Virus record (IMG/VR): IMGVR_UViG_3300011417_000010
Location: 1-62,568 of that record
DNA length: 62,568 nt
Source: a virus
Lineage: Duplodnaviria; Caudoviricetes
Direction: 5' to 3' (one strand)
Part shown: piece after piece, positions 27,617 to 36,005 of the stretch
How the letters are laid out: each line of letters starts with the position of its first letter
How positions within the stretch are numbered: the first letter of the stretch is position 1
Notes under the pieces: model-generated
What the model was told of the DNA's origin: nothing
Databases searched by the model: none
The model's input: only the letters and a program-made list of their open reading frames with translations
Program-made: the position numbers and the translations under genes

Positions 27617-30127
27617 ATGGCTCTGAGTTTCGCAACCCCAGCTGGCGTGATGAAGATTCCCAGCGCTCGCTCGACCATCAACGTGGTCCAGCAGGCGTCT
27701 GGTCTCGCTACGACCGGCATCATCATGATCGTCGGTGAGGCGGACCAGGGTCCGGACTTCACGCAGGAAGAGGACCTGGCGGACAACCTGTTCGGCCCGA
27801 ACCAGATCGGTGAGGTCCGCGCCAAGTACGGCACGGGTCGCATCGTCGACGCGTTCAACGGCATCGCCGTCCCCGCCAACGACCCCCAGATCCAGGGTGC
27901 TCCTGCCGGCATCATCATCGTGAAGACGAACGCGGGCAGCAAGGCCGACGCGACGCTCACGAAGTTCGACGACACCGACTACGGTACGCTCGAAGACCGC
28001 ACGTGGGGCAAGCTCGGCAACCTGATCTCGTACCTCATCGAGGCCCGCACCGAGGAAGAGGTCCCGACCACGGGCGAGTTCGCCATCGCGCACCCGTCCT
28101 CGTCCACCAACATCTCTGTTCGCGTGAACGGCGGTACGGCTCTGTCCGCCACCCTCGCCGCGCTCGACAGCCCCGCCACGATGGCCGCCACCATCGGCGC
28201 GCTCGCTGGCGTCGACACTACGGGCGCTGTGTCTCGCGCGGTGCTCACCAACACGACCGGTACGCTCGCGATCACGGTCACGGTCGGTAACCACGTCACG
28301 ATCGACCGCAGCATCGCGTTCAACAACCTCCCATCGACGGGTGACTCGCTGTTCATCCCGACGACCTCGGCGATGGCGACGTCGAACGCTGCCGCGGCCG
28401 GTTCGTACATCGTGACGGGCGCCAGCTCGACGCAGATCCAGGCCGTCAAGGTCCTGGACGCGACGGGTGTGGCTACCATCACCCCGCCGACCAGCAAGGC
28501 CGCAACGGCCATCGTCGGCACGAGCGACGTCAACGCGTGGAGCCCCCTCGCGATCCACCTCGTCGAGTCCATCGACCCCCTCGATGGCTACGGCAAGAAC
28601 CTGCAGATCAACCAGCTGACCTCGGGCACCGACATCCTCGCGTCGATCTGCTACACGCTCAGCGACGCTGGTGAGCCCGTGGCGGTCGACTGGATCTCGA
28701 AGACGGCGGAGCCTCACCTGATCGTTTCGGAGTCGGAGTACTCGGTCACCCTGACCGAGGCGCGCCAGCTCGACAACATCACGAACGACATCTCGGCGGG
28801 CGGTACCATCGCGCTCAAGCTCGGCTACGAGGGCACCACCGGCTCGGCCGTGGTCGACTCGACGGACATCACGATCACCACGACTGGTGGCTCGACCCCG
28901 GGCACGCTGGCTGTGGCGCTCGCGGACTTCCCCAGCATCGCCGACCTCGCGTCCTACATCAACTCGTTCGCGGGTTTCACGTGCACCCCCGGCTCGGGCG
29001 TCATGGGCTCGCAGCCCTCGACCAGCCTCGACCAGGGCACGTTCGGCATCTGCTCGACCTTCAGCGACCTGACCCCGGGCCGCATCAAGCAGGACGCGTA
29101 CAAGCTCTTCAACACGCTGGCCAACGACGGCTTCCTCACGGAGCTGTCGGAGCAGGCGGACTCGGGTCTCCCGGCTCCGTCGGTGGGCCTCGCGTTCCTC
29201 ACGGGCGGCGCCAAGGGCGCGACGACGAACGCCGACATCCAGGCCGGGTACGACGCGCTCAAGATGGTCCGCGGCAACTTCCTCGTCCCGCTGTTCTCAC
29301 GTGACGCTGCTGACGACATCGCGGACGGTCAGACCGACGCGGCCTCGACCTACACGATCGCTGCGGTCCACGCTGGCGCTCGCTCGCACGTACTCCAGAT
29401 GAGCACGTTCAAGAAGGGCCGCAACCGCCAGGCGTTCCTCTCGATGCGCGACGACTTCGACGACGTGAAGGACGCTGCGACGGACCTGAACTCTGCACGT
29501 GTCTCGCTCACGTTCCAGGACGTGCGCGACCTCGACACCAACGGCAACGTGACCCAGTTCCAGCCGTGGATGAACTCGTGCAAGGCCGCGGGCATGCAGG
29601 CCGCGGGCTTCTACAAGGCCATCTTCAACAAGGGCATCAACATCAGCGGCGCCATCCAGGCCGCGACGGACTTCAACGACCAGGACGACGACGCGGTCGA
29701 GGAAGGCCTCGACGCCGGCCTCCTGATCGTCCGTCGCCCCGAGGACGGTGGATTCAAGTACGTGTCCGACCAGACGACGTACGGCAAGGACGACAACTTC
29801 GTCTACAACAGCATCCAGGCGGTCTACGCGGCGGACACCATCGCGCTGACCACCGCGAAGCTGATGGAGCAGGCGTTCGTCGGCCAGTCCCTCGCTGACG
29901 TGAGCGCCTCGCTCGCGCTGAGCACCCTCGAAGGCATCATGGAGAACCTGCGTCGGCTGAAGCTGATCGCGTTCTCGGACGACGCCCCCAAGGGCTTCAA
30001 GAACGCGGTCATCCGCATCAGCGGACCGGCCATGGTTGTCTCGGTCGAGGTGAAGGCGGCCACCGCGCTGTACTTCATCCCGATCACCTTCCAGGTGTCT
30101 CAGATCCAGCAGTCGGCCAGCTCGTAA
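27617..30127 (+). CDS. Tail sheath protein
   Basis: 836 aa; IMIVGEADQGP N-terminus, FLTGGAKG, C-terminal LYFIPITF; upstream of the tube gene. Confidence 0.85.
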   Translation: MALSFATPAGVMKIPSARSTINVVQQASGLATTGIIMIVGEADQGPDFTQEEDLADNLFGPNQIGEVRAKYGTGRIVDAFNGIAVPANDPQIQGAPAGIIIVKTNAGSKADATLTKFDDTDYGTLEDRTWGKLGNLISYLIEARTEEEVPTTGEFAIAHPSSSTNISVRVNGGTALSATLAALDSPATMAATIGALAGVDTTGAVSRAVLTNTTGTLAITVTVGNHVTIDRSIAFNNLPSTGDSLFIPTTSAMATSNAAAAGSYIVTGASSTQIQAVKVLDATGVATITPPTSKAATAIVGTSDVNAWSPLAIHLVESIDPLDGYGKNLQINQLTSGTDILASICYTLSDAGEPVAVDWISKTAEPHLIVSESEYSVTLTEARQLDNITNDISAGGTIALKLGYEGTTGSAVVDSTDITITTTGGSTPGTLAVALADFPSIADLASYINSFAGFTCTPGSGVMGSQPSTSLDQGTFGICSTFSDLTPGRIKQDAYKLFNTLANDGFLTELSEQADSGLPAPSVGLAFLTGGAKGATTNADIQAGYDALKMVRGNFLVPLFSRDAADDIADGQTDAASTYTIAAVHAGARSHVLQMSTFKKGRNRQAFLSMRDDFDDVKDAATDLNSARVSLTFQDVRDLDTNGNVTQFQPWMNSCKAAGMQAAGFYKAIFNKGINISGAIQAATDFNDQDDDAVEEGLDAGLLIVRRPEDGGFKYVSDQTTYGKDDNFVYNSIQAVYAADTIALTTAKLMEQAFVGQSLADVSASLALSTLEGIMENLRRLKLIAFSDDAPKGFKNAVIRISGPAMVVSVEVKAATALYFIPITFQVSQIQQSASS

Positions 30128-30161
30128 TCCACCGACGGCATCAATCTAGAAGAGGAAATCA

Positions 30162-30650
30162 ATGGCCGCTCCAAAAGTAATGAACGGTGCCCGCGCCAAG
30201 ATGGGCATCTACAACCCGACCACGGGTCAGACCAAGTACATCGGCATGTTCAACAACGTCTCGTACAACATGACGTACGAGACGCAGCCGGCGTACATCC
30301 TCGGGCGCTACTCGGCGGCCGAGGTGGACTACACGTCCATGGACCTCGTCGCGATCACGTGCTCCGGGTTCCGCGTCATCGACCACGGCCCTCACACCGA
30401 GGCCGCGGTTCCGCTGCTGCAGAACCTGCTCCGCTCCGACTACATCACGCTGGTCATCACTGACCGCCAGCGTGAGGCGACGGGTGGCGACGGGCGCATC
30501 GCGACCTTCACAAGTGTACGACCGACCGGCTACTCCACGACGATCTCTGCCAGGAACCTGGAAGAGGTCACGGTGACCTTCGTTGGGCTTCTCGTCAGCG
30601 ACGAGAACAACATCAACGTCGAGCACCCGACTGCGATGGACCTGCCGTAA
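30162..30650 (+). CDS. Tail tube protein
   Basis: 162 aa beta-rich protein directly after the sheath; terminator follows. Confidence 0.8.
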   Translation: MAAPKVMNGARAKMGIYNPTTGQTKYIGMFNNVSYNMTYETQPAYILGRYSAAEVDYTSMDLVAITCSGFRVIDHGPHTEAAVPLLQNLLRSDYITLVITDRQREATGGDGRIATFTSVRPTGYSTTISARNLEEVTVTFVGLLVSDENNINVEHPTAMDLP

Positions 30651-30690
30651 GAGGCACCTGGGACTTCTTCCTCCTTTCACCCAGCTGCCC

Positions 30691-31131
30691 TTACAGAGCC
30701 GGGATCTCCTTATCGGGATCCCGGCTCTTTTTTTGTCTGAAGTACGTTCTATTGCGATGGCAGTTCGCGCAAACTAGCTGACATTTTGCAATTTCTTTCA
30801 AGATTTTGTCCCGTGAGGCTCGGGGGCTCAGATAGGAGACGTTCCCGTTCTTCTTAAACCCTGGTAGGTGGTCGAAGTCCATGATCCACGACGGATACTG
30901 CACACCACAATCGGTACAAGGGCCATTCTTTATCGAATCAATCCATCGCGCTACGGCCCTCTTCTGCTCTCTGTTTTGTGTGCGATATTGGCGCTTATTT
31001 CGTTGGTAGTGGTCGTCTTTGTAGGCTTTTTGGCACACTCGACAGAATGGTTGAAGGCCGCTTTTGCTTTTCTTTCTAGCTGAAAAGGCTCCGGCCTCTT
31101 TGGATTCGTGGCACTTAATACATGTGGGCAT
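30691..31131 (-). CDS. HNH endonuclease (probable mobile homing endonuclease)
   Basis: CTDCG..MDFDHL..KCQLVCANCHR; visibly AT-richer than its flanks; AATCTT on the minus strand at 31140-31145. Confidence 0.85.
   Translation of the reverse strand: MPTCIKCHESKEAGAFSARKKSKSGLQPFCRVCQKAYKDDHYQRNKRQYRTQNREQKRAVARWIDSIKNGPCTDCGVQYPSWIMDFDHLPGFKKNGNVSYLSPRASRDKILKEIAKCQLVCANCHRNRTYFRQKKSRDPDKEIPAL
30695..30734 (+). terminator. Intrinsic terminator
   Basis: AGAGCCGGGATC..GATCCCGGCTCT stem followed by a T-tract. Confidence 0.85.
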
Positions 31132-31158
31132 ACTTTCAAAAGATTAGGATTGAAAGGC

Positions 31159-31187
31159 TTGACGGATCGGCGGAGATTCGCTAGACT
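31159..31187 (+). promoter_or_regulatory. Sigma70-like promoter containing AGATTCGCTA
   Basis: TTGACG-17 nt-TAGACT; the motif at 31174-31183 overlaps the -10 box. Confidence 0.55.
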
Positions 31188-31188
31188 C

Positions 31189-31752
31189 ATGCTTAGGATG
31201 GTCCGTACACTCACACTAGCTCTCGCCGCCCTGGTCGTGCCGGGGGGCTTCGTCGTGCTGGCCCTCTGGAAGCTCTTGGGGCGCCTCAGGCTGCGCCAGG
31301 ACGTCGGCCTGCCCCTCCACAGCCCTTCGGGGGCCATCATCCTCACTAGGAGCGACTGGGAGCGCCTGATGGAGCTTGCTCACCCCGTCCGGTGGGCCAT
31401 CACCAGGATGTACGACTGGCCCCGGCGCCGCCGTCTGGCGAAGCTCCCCAAGATGACGCACCGCGACGTGATCCTGACCTGGCCCTTCCGGGCCCTGGCC
31501 AGCTGGGTCGAGAAGAACCACGCGAAGGTCTGGGCGCCTCCCAGCGAGTCGGCCGATCCCCTGTACGAGAACTACTGGGCGGCCATGGCGGAGGTCAGGT
31601 CGCTGTACGCCTGGTGGCTCGCGCGGGACAAGCGCCTCAAAGATCTTGACGGCGAGGATCCCAGTGTGCGAGAATACGGTCTTGAAGCTATGAGAGAAGA
31701 GGACCAGCTGATGCTGGCCCGCTTGGTCAACGTCCGGACGTACCTGGATTAA
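31189..31752 (+). CDS. Hypothetical membrane-anchored protein
   Basis: N-terminal hydrophobic segment; start uncertain. Confidence 0.5.
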   Translation: MLRMVRTLTLALAALVVPGGFVVLALWKLLGRLRLRQDVGLPLHSPSGAIILTRSDWERLMELAHPVRWAITRMYDWPRRRRLAKLPKMTHRDVILTWPFRALASWVEKNHAKVWAPPSESADPLYENYWAAMAEVRSLYAWWLARDKRLKDLDGEDPSVREYGLEAMREEDQLMLARLVNVRTYLD

Positions 31753-31760
31753 GGAGATAC

Positions 31761-32300
31761 ATGAGCAAGCGCTACTACGCCAACTTCCCCGCGGCCCCCA
31801 CCGAGCTGGTCGCCCTCATCGCGAGCCAGGCCAAGATCCCGCACATCGTCGACGCCCGTGTCTCCGCTGACCACTCCGTCTTCCTCGACATCGCTCAGGA
31901 CCCCGACCACTTCGCTGGGTTCCTCCTGACGGCGAAGCACCTGGTCAAGATCGCCAAGCTCTGCGGCGTCCCAGTCGAGGACGTCTTCGTCGAGGCGGGT
32001 GCTGAGGAGAACACGGTGTCAGTGACGGTCTGGGCGACGCACTTCGACTTCAGCAAGTCTTTCATCGGCGGTCCGTACGAGGACTCGCTCTGCGACGCAC
32101 GCGCCGAGAAGGAGGTCGAGGAGATCGAGAAGGCGACGCGCCGCCTCGACAGGGTCATCAGCAAGTCGCACCTCAGTTCCGTGATGGAGACGTGCGACAT
32201 CCAGATTACCCTCCCGGGCGAGGAGGACTCGGAGGATATGATCGAGGCTACGCAGTCGATCATCGAGGTCAAGAATCGTGAGGACTGTTCGAAGAAGTAG
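31761..32300 (+). CDS. Hypothetical protein
   Basis: AAGGAG RBS; strong codon bias. Confidence 0.65.
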   Translation: MSKRYYANFPAAPTELVALIASQAKIPHIVDARVSADHSVFLDIAQDPDHFAGFLLTAKHLVKIAKLCGVPVEDVFVEAGAEENTVSVTVWATHFDFSKSFIGGPYEDSLCDARAEKEVEEIEKATRRLDRVISKSHLSSVMETCDIQITLPGEEDSEDMIEATQSIIEVKNREDCSKK

Positions 32301-32304
32301 CACC

Positions 32305-32574
32305 GTGGACGAGATTCCAAGCTTCGACTGTCCCGCCAAGGGTTGCAATGGTAAGGTGTTCCCCGTCGCGATGGACGGGCGGTTCTACATCCACCGCAAC
32401 ATGTGGATCAACATGCCCCGGACCTTCGTGATCCCGCGCTGCGACACCTGCGCGCAGGACTGGTTCACGAAGGACCTGGAGGTCGCGACGAACGAGGTCC
32501 TGGAAGCGGAGTACCAGATACACGCGGACATGATCAAGAAGGTCATCCAGAAGGCGCAAGCAAAGGTTCAATGA
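32305..32574 (+). CDS. YgiT/MqsA-type zinc-ribbon protein
   Basis: CPAKGC..IPRCDTC. Confidence 0.55.
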   Translation: MDEIPSFDCPAKGCNGKVFPVAMDGRFYIHRNMWINMPRTFVIPRCDTCAQDWFTKDLEVATNEVLEAEYQIHADMIKKVIQKAQAKVQ

Positions 32575-33056
32575 ACGCACTTTTCATCATCTCCTCCGTC
32601 GCTGCTGGCGTCTTCGGTGGCGTCTTCCTGCTGGTTCGCCGGCTCAAGCTCAAGGCCGCGCGTGAAGTCGCGTCGCAGACTCCGCCTGCCGAGTTCCTCG
32701 AATCGGTCAAGCGTGCGTTCCAGATCGTGTGGGTCGAGCAGTACGGCATGGACCCCACCAAAGCCTGGAGGATCACCTGGGTGATGGGGGATCGACTCAA
32801 CTGCGCCAGTGGTGACGGCTGGGTGGACTCTTACGGCAGGTGCGTGGCTGGGCTGTCGTGGGCGACCACACACACACACAGTATCGCCTACCGCCCTGGA
32901 CGCCCGATCTCGGATATGGCGTACGCGCACGAGCTGTGGCACGCCGTCGACGCGATGAATGGGCGGGACGACTCGAACCACACCGGCCCGGCATGGGCGT
33001 ACCCAGATGGGGCCGTCGTTCGCGCGAACCGCGCGCTCAAGGACGCGGGGCTGTGA
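32571..33056 (+). CDS. Membrane-anchored HExxH metallopeptidase-like protein
   Basis: N-terminal TM segment; AHELWH. Confidence 0.6.
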   Translation: MNALFIISSVAAGVFGGVFLLVRRLKLKAAREVASQTPPAEFLESVKRAFQIVWVEQYGMDPTKAWRITWVMGDRLNCASGDGWVDSYGRCVAGLSWATTHTHSIAYRPGRPISDMAYAHELWHAVDAMNGRDDSNHTGPAWAYPDGAVVRANRALKDAGL

Positions 33057-33403
33057 GCCTGACCATCAGGCCCGACACGGTCGTCGGTGTCATGCCGGCG
33101 ATGTCGGGAGGGGTCGAGCTTCCGTTCACCGTGTCCGCTGGCATGACCCGCTACGGGACCGACGAGGAGGCCACTCCTACACAGCCCGGTCTGGGGCGCC
33201 CGTCTACCGCTACCTACCCGCGGATCGCCCAGAACTCGAACCAGCCCTGCTACACCTGCGGGAAGAAGCCTGGGAAGGTCCTGGTCGCGGTCGTAGAGCG
33301 CTCGCCGACCGACCACATGCCCTGCTGCGAGCACTGCATCAAGTACATCCTGGGCTACGAGGTCGAGGTCGACGGGCACCTGACCCGCTTGCCAGAGGGA
33401 TAG
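33053..33403 (+). CDS. Hypothetical protein with zinc finger
   Basis: GTGA overlap; CYTC..CEHC. Confidence 0.5.
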   Translation: MSLTIRPDTVVGVMPAMSGGVELPFTVSAGMTRYGTDEEATPTQPGLGRPSTATYPRIAQNSNQPCYTCGKKPGKVLVAVVERSPTDHMPCCEHCIKYILGYEVEVDGHLTRLPEG

Positions 33404-33473
33404 CCCCGCAAACTCTGCGCTTTTGTCCCGAAACGGGTATCAATCTTCCCTTTACCCAAGGGAGATCCTGCCG

Positions 33474-33794
33474 ATGCCCACCCCCCACCCGCTGATCGGG
33501 GTCCACGAGGACCGCATCACCCGCCTCGAAGAGGACGTGACCGAGTGTCGCGTGGAGCTTGGCGTGTTGAAGTCGCAGCTGGCCTCTGGGATCGACATGC
33601 TGTCCCAGAAGTTGGATGACGTAGGCGAGGTCAAGACGCGCGTGGACGCCCTATTGCAGCACCACGATGTCGATGCTGAGGTCCGCAGTCAAACGCGCGA
33701 GCGTCGTGTTCGCTTCTTTAAGATCGGTGGCGTTGTCGTCACCGCGACCGCCGCAGTCGCCGGCCTCGTACTGAAGATCATCTTGGGGGAGTAA
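33474..33794 (+). CDS. Coiled-coil protein with C-terminal TM (holin/hemolysin-like)
   Basis: RITRLEE coiled coil plus C-terminal TM; GGAG RBS; AATCTT upstream. Confidence 0.55.
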   Translation: MPTPHPLIGVHEDRITRLEEDVTECRVELGVLKSQLASGIDMLSQKLDDVGEVKTRVDALLQHHDVDAEVRSQTRERRVRFFKIGGVVVTATAAVAGLVLKIILGE

Positions 33795-33798
33795 GCCT

Positions 33799-34125
33799 GT
33801 GGGCAAGACCAAGATCAAACAGCTCGTCCAGAAGAAGTGGAACCTCGGACATCTTCGATCGCAGAAGTTCGCAGGCCTTATTTTCTGCACCACGCTGTGC
33901 TTCTGCGCTGGGTTGTTTCAGTACAGTGAGCCGACGACCTCCGTGGTCATCATGGGCATTGTCGGATGCTTCACTGCGTTCGTTGGCGGTCGTGCGTGGA
34001 GCGACAACGCGGCCATGAAGTTTGGTGGATTTCCTCCCAACACGACTGACGACGAGGTCAGTGTCGTGCGCCGTAGGCCGAAGAAGAACGACGAAGAAAA
34101 GGACAAAGAACGTGAAGTCGATTAA
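33799..34125 (+). CDS. Putative holin
   Basis: LRSQKF followed by two TM segments and a highly charged C-terminus. Confidence 0.5.
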   Translation: MGKTKIKQLVQKKWNLGHLRSQKFAGLIFCTTLCFCAGLFQYSEPTTSVVIMGIVGCFTAFVGGRAWSDNAAMKFGGFPPNTTDDEVSVVRRRPKKNDEEKDKEREVD

Positions 34126-34549
34126 GCGAATCCTCAAGACCCAGCCCCCGACGATCTACAAGAGGGTCGACGAGGTGGAGGTTGGCGGTCCCATCGGCCG
34201 CTGGTTCCACAAGCACAACTGGGGCGCGATGACGATCCCGTTCCCGTTCTTCGTGCTCATCATGTACTGGAGTTCGGAGGACGCGCCCGACGGCGAGGTT
34301 CACCCGCTGGTGCGCGTGCACGAGTTCACTCACGTCGCGCAGGACCAGCTCGACCGCTTCTGGTTCGTGTCGTGGGCGAAGTACCTCTGGTGGCTGTTCT
34401 CGGGCGTGCCGTGGAAGAAGGTCTTCAAGCGCGAGATGGGCATCATCGATGGGTTCATGGACTCGTACTACCACGTGCCGTACGAGCAAGAGGCCTACGC
34501 CGTCGAGCAAGAGGCCGAAGAGAACGGCTTGCCCGCCTGGGCGAAGTAG
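34112..34549 (+). CDS. HExxH metallopeptidase-like protein (DUF4157-like)
   Basis: VHEFTHVAQ..PYEQEAY. Confidence 0.6.
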   Translation: MKSIKRILKTQPPTIYKRVDEVEVGGPIGRWFHKHNWGAMTIPFPFFVLIMYWSSEDAPDGEVHPLVRVHEFTHVAQDQLDRFWFVSWAKYLWWLFSGVPWKKVFKREMGIIDGFMDSYYHVPYEQEAYAVEQEAEENGLPAWAK

Positions 34550-34567
34550 AGTAGAATCCCGGTCGTC

Positions 34568-34741
34568 ATGGCCGTTGACCGCTACAAGAACAAGATCAAG
34601 CACGCTGCGTGGACGTGGCGCGAGGAGAAGGTCTCCCGCTACCACCTCCCCGCGCGTCGCAAGGATCGTGCGTCGGGGCGCAACGACAAGCGCTCCGCTC
34701 GTCAGGAAGACCGTCGCGACATTTTCGAGGAGTCAGAATGA
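34568..34741 (+). CDS. Small basic protein (57 aa)
   Basis: ATG 34568; ATGA overlap with the next ORF. Confidence 0.45.
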   Translation: MAVDRYKNKIKHAAWTWREEKVSRYHLPARRKDRASGRNDKRSARQEDRRDIFEESE

Positions 34742-34881
34742 ACCCGTTTCGCTACATCAAGGACCACGCTCCGAACCCAAAGAACTCCGATGGAGGAATC
34801 CTCGCTGTCGTTGGGTACTACGTCGCTATCCTGGCAGTGGCCGGTGGCGTCATCGGTCTGGTCTGCAAGATCCTGCTCTAG
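34738..34881 (+). CDS. Small membrane protein
   Basis: GAGGAG RBS; single TM segment. Confidence 0.5.
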   Translation: MNPFRYIKDHAPNPKNSDGGILAVVGYYVAILAVAGGVIGLVCKILL

Positions 34882-34969
34882 AAAATTTGACAGGGCGCGG
34901 ACACCCTTGGGTCGGGGCGCTTCAATCATGGGTTCAATCAACCTGGGCCTGTCCATTCACTTGACGTAG

Positions 34970-34990
34970 AGATTCGCTAGAGGTAATCTT
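34970..34990 (+). promoter_or_regulatory. Tandem promoter motifs for tRNA operon 1
   Basis: AGATTCGCTA-N5-AATCTT. Confidence 0.65.
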
Positions 34991-35002
34991 AGGATCACCC
35001 CG

Positions 35003-35050
35003 ATGTTCCGTCAGTTGCTATCCCCTTTGTCTCTGTTGCTGCTCGCGTAA
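35003..35050 (+). CDS. Putative leader peptide MFRQLLSPLSLLLLA (7 Leu) of the tRNA-Leu operon
   Basis: AGGA 8 nt upstream of ATG; lies between the promoter motifs and three tRNA-Leu genes; stop codon sits in the CTCGC-GTAA-GCGAG hairpin. Confidence 0.65.
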   Translation: MFRQLLSPLSLLLLA

Positions 35051-35093
35051 GCGAGTACAAGCACACCCGCGCGCGCAGCGCGCACAGAAATAG

Positions 35094-35177
35094 GCGATCG
35101 TGGCGGAATTGGTAGACGCGCGGGCTTGAGGTGCCCGTGGGCTAACGCCCGTGCAGGTTCGAGTCCTGTCGATCGCA
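35094..35177 (+). tRNA. tRNA-Leu(GAG)
   Basis: GCGATCG/CGATCGC acceptor; CGGGC-TTGAGGT-GCCCG; long variable arm; TTCGAGT loop. Confidence 0.92.
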
Positions 35178-35182
35178 CCCTT

Positions 35183-35260
35183 GCCACTGTAGCCCAACCG
35201 GAAGGAGGCGCTCCGCTCAGAACGGAGACAGTGTGGGTTCGAATCCCATCAGTGGTACCA
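35183..35260 (+). tRNA. tRNA-Leu(CAG), short variable loop
   Basis: CTCCG-CTCAGAA-CGGAG; TTCGAAT; encoded CCA. Confidence 0.88.
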
Positions 35261-35261
35261 T

Positions 35262-35335
35262 GCGCTCGTAGCTCAACTGGAAGAGGCAGAGGCTTCAAAC
35301 CCCTCGTGTTGTCGGTTCGAATCCGACCGGGCGTA
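35262..35335 (+). tRNA. tRNA-Leu(CAA), short variable loop
   Basis: GAGGC-TTCAAAC-CCCTC (C31:C39 mismatch); Leu-type D arm; A discriminator. An alternative register would give TCA. Confidence 0.7.
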
Positions 35336-35352
35336 CTTGACAAGCTGCAGAG

Positions 35353-35373
35353 AGATTTGCTAGACATAATCTT
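35353..35373 (+). promoter_or_regulatory. Tandem promoter motifs for tRNA operon 2
   Basis: AGATTTGCTA-N5-AATCTT, same spacing as operon 1. Confidence 0.65.
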
Positions 35374-35385
35374 GAGAGAAGTTCC

Positions 35386-35517
35386 ATGAACGCTGAGATC
35401 ACATCGTACGTCGGCAGCACGGGTCAACGAACCCGACGCCAGACGTATATTCAGCGTCATACCCAGCGCCCACGACAGGGTGCGTTCGACCGCTTCGATC
35501 CCACCAGGGATCAATAA
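35386..35517 (+). CDS. Putative 43-aa leader peptide of tRNA operon 2 (MNAEITSYVGSTGQRTRRQTYIQRHTQRPRQGAFDRFDPTRDQ)
   Basis: Lies between the promoter motifs and the first tRNA; composition matches the downstream tRNA set; embedded in a long hairpin. Confidence 0.65.
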   Translation: MNAEITSYVGSTGQRTRRQTYIQRHTQRPRQGAFDRFDPTRDQ

Positions 35518-35521
35518 GCGC

Positions 35522-35544
35522 AAAAAGCCGGGACGCCCGGCAAA
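35522..35544 (-). terminator. GC hairpin with T-tract on the minus strand
   Basis: AAAAA-GCCGGG-ACG-CCCGGC-AAAG on the plus strand. Confidence 0.45.
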
Positions 35545-35552
35545 GATCGAAC

Positions 35553-35626
35553 GGCACCCTAGCTCAGTCTGGTAGAGCGGCGCCCTGAAAAGGCGCGCGT
35601 CCCTGGTTCAAATCCAGGGGGTGTCA
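35553..35626 (+). tRNA. tRNA-Phe(GAA)
   Basis: GCGCC-CTGAAAA-GGCGC; canonical cloverleaf. Confidence 0.92.
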
Positions 35627-35634
35627 CTGCTCTT

Positions 35635-35709
35635 CCCGCTGTAAGCTTCCGGTGAGGCTGCTCCACTGTCTATGGAGTGAGACGAGTTCAACTCTCGTCA
35701 GCGGGGCCA
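35635..35709 (+). tRNA. tRNA-Asp(GTC)
   Basis: CTCCA-CTGTCTA-TGGAG; G discriminator; CCA. Confidence 0.88.
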
Positions 35710-35734
35710 GACATCCTCACCAACGCGTCGATCG

Positions 35735-35805
35735 CTGGGCGTAGGATATTGGGTATCTCCCGGTCCCGGAAGCCGGTTAAGCAGGTTCGATTCCTGCCGC
35801 CCAGA
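35735..35805 (+). tRNA. tRNA-Pro(CGG)
   Basis: CTGGGCG/CGCCCAG acceptor; loop CCCGGAA (C33). Confidence 0.8.
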
Positions 35806-35810
35806 CCCAT

Positions 35811-35884
35811 GGTGGCCGTAGTGTACTGGCTGTGCACGTCGTGCTGTGAACACGGAAGTTCCGGATCGTAACCGGACAGTCACC
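35811..35884 (+). tRNA. tRNA-His(GTG)
   Basis: G-1 and C discriminator; loop CTGTGAA; atypical T-loop ATCGTAA. Confidence 0.85.
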
Positions 35885-35919
35885 CTTCTTTGAAAATTAA
35901 ATAGCTGACCATGTTCTTT

Positions 35920-36003
35920 GGGGACGTATACCGGTAGAGGGCCGGGGCAGATTGTAAACCTGTCGTCTCGGCTCCGTAGGCGCAACTCCTACCGGCCCCA
36001 CCA
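35920..36003 (+). tRNA. tRNA-Tyr(GTA)
   Basis: Loop TTGTAAA; long variable region; ACCA end; atypical D and T loops. Confidence 0.75.
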
Positions 36004-36005
36004 AT

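Noticed and set aside
32866-32880. (CA)n microsatellite as a phase-variation site
   Set aside because: Short and in frame (TTHTHS); no evidence of slippage from a single sequence.
35262-35335. Reading this tRNA as an opal suppressor/Sec tRNA (anticodon TCA)
   Set aside because: The alternative register needs a mid-stem A:C mismatch and breaks the D stem. The Leu-type D arm, A discriminator, position beside two Leu tRNAs and the TTG-rich leader favour Leu(CAA). TGA is used as a normal stop with coupled starts.
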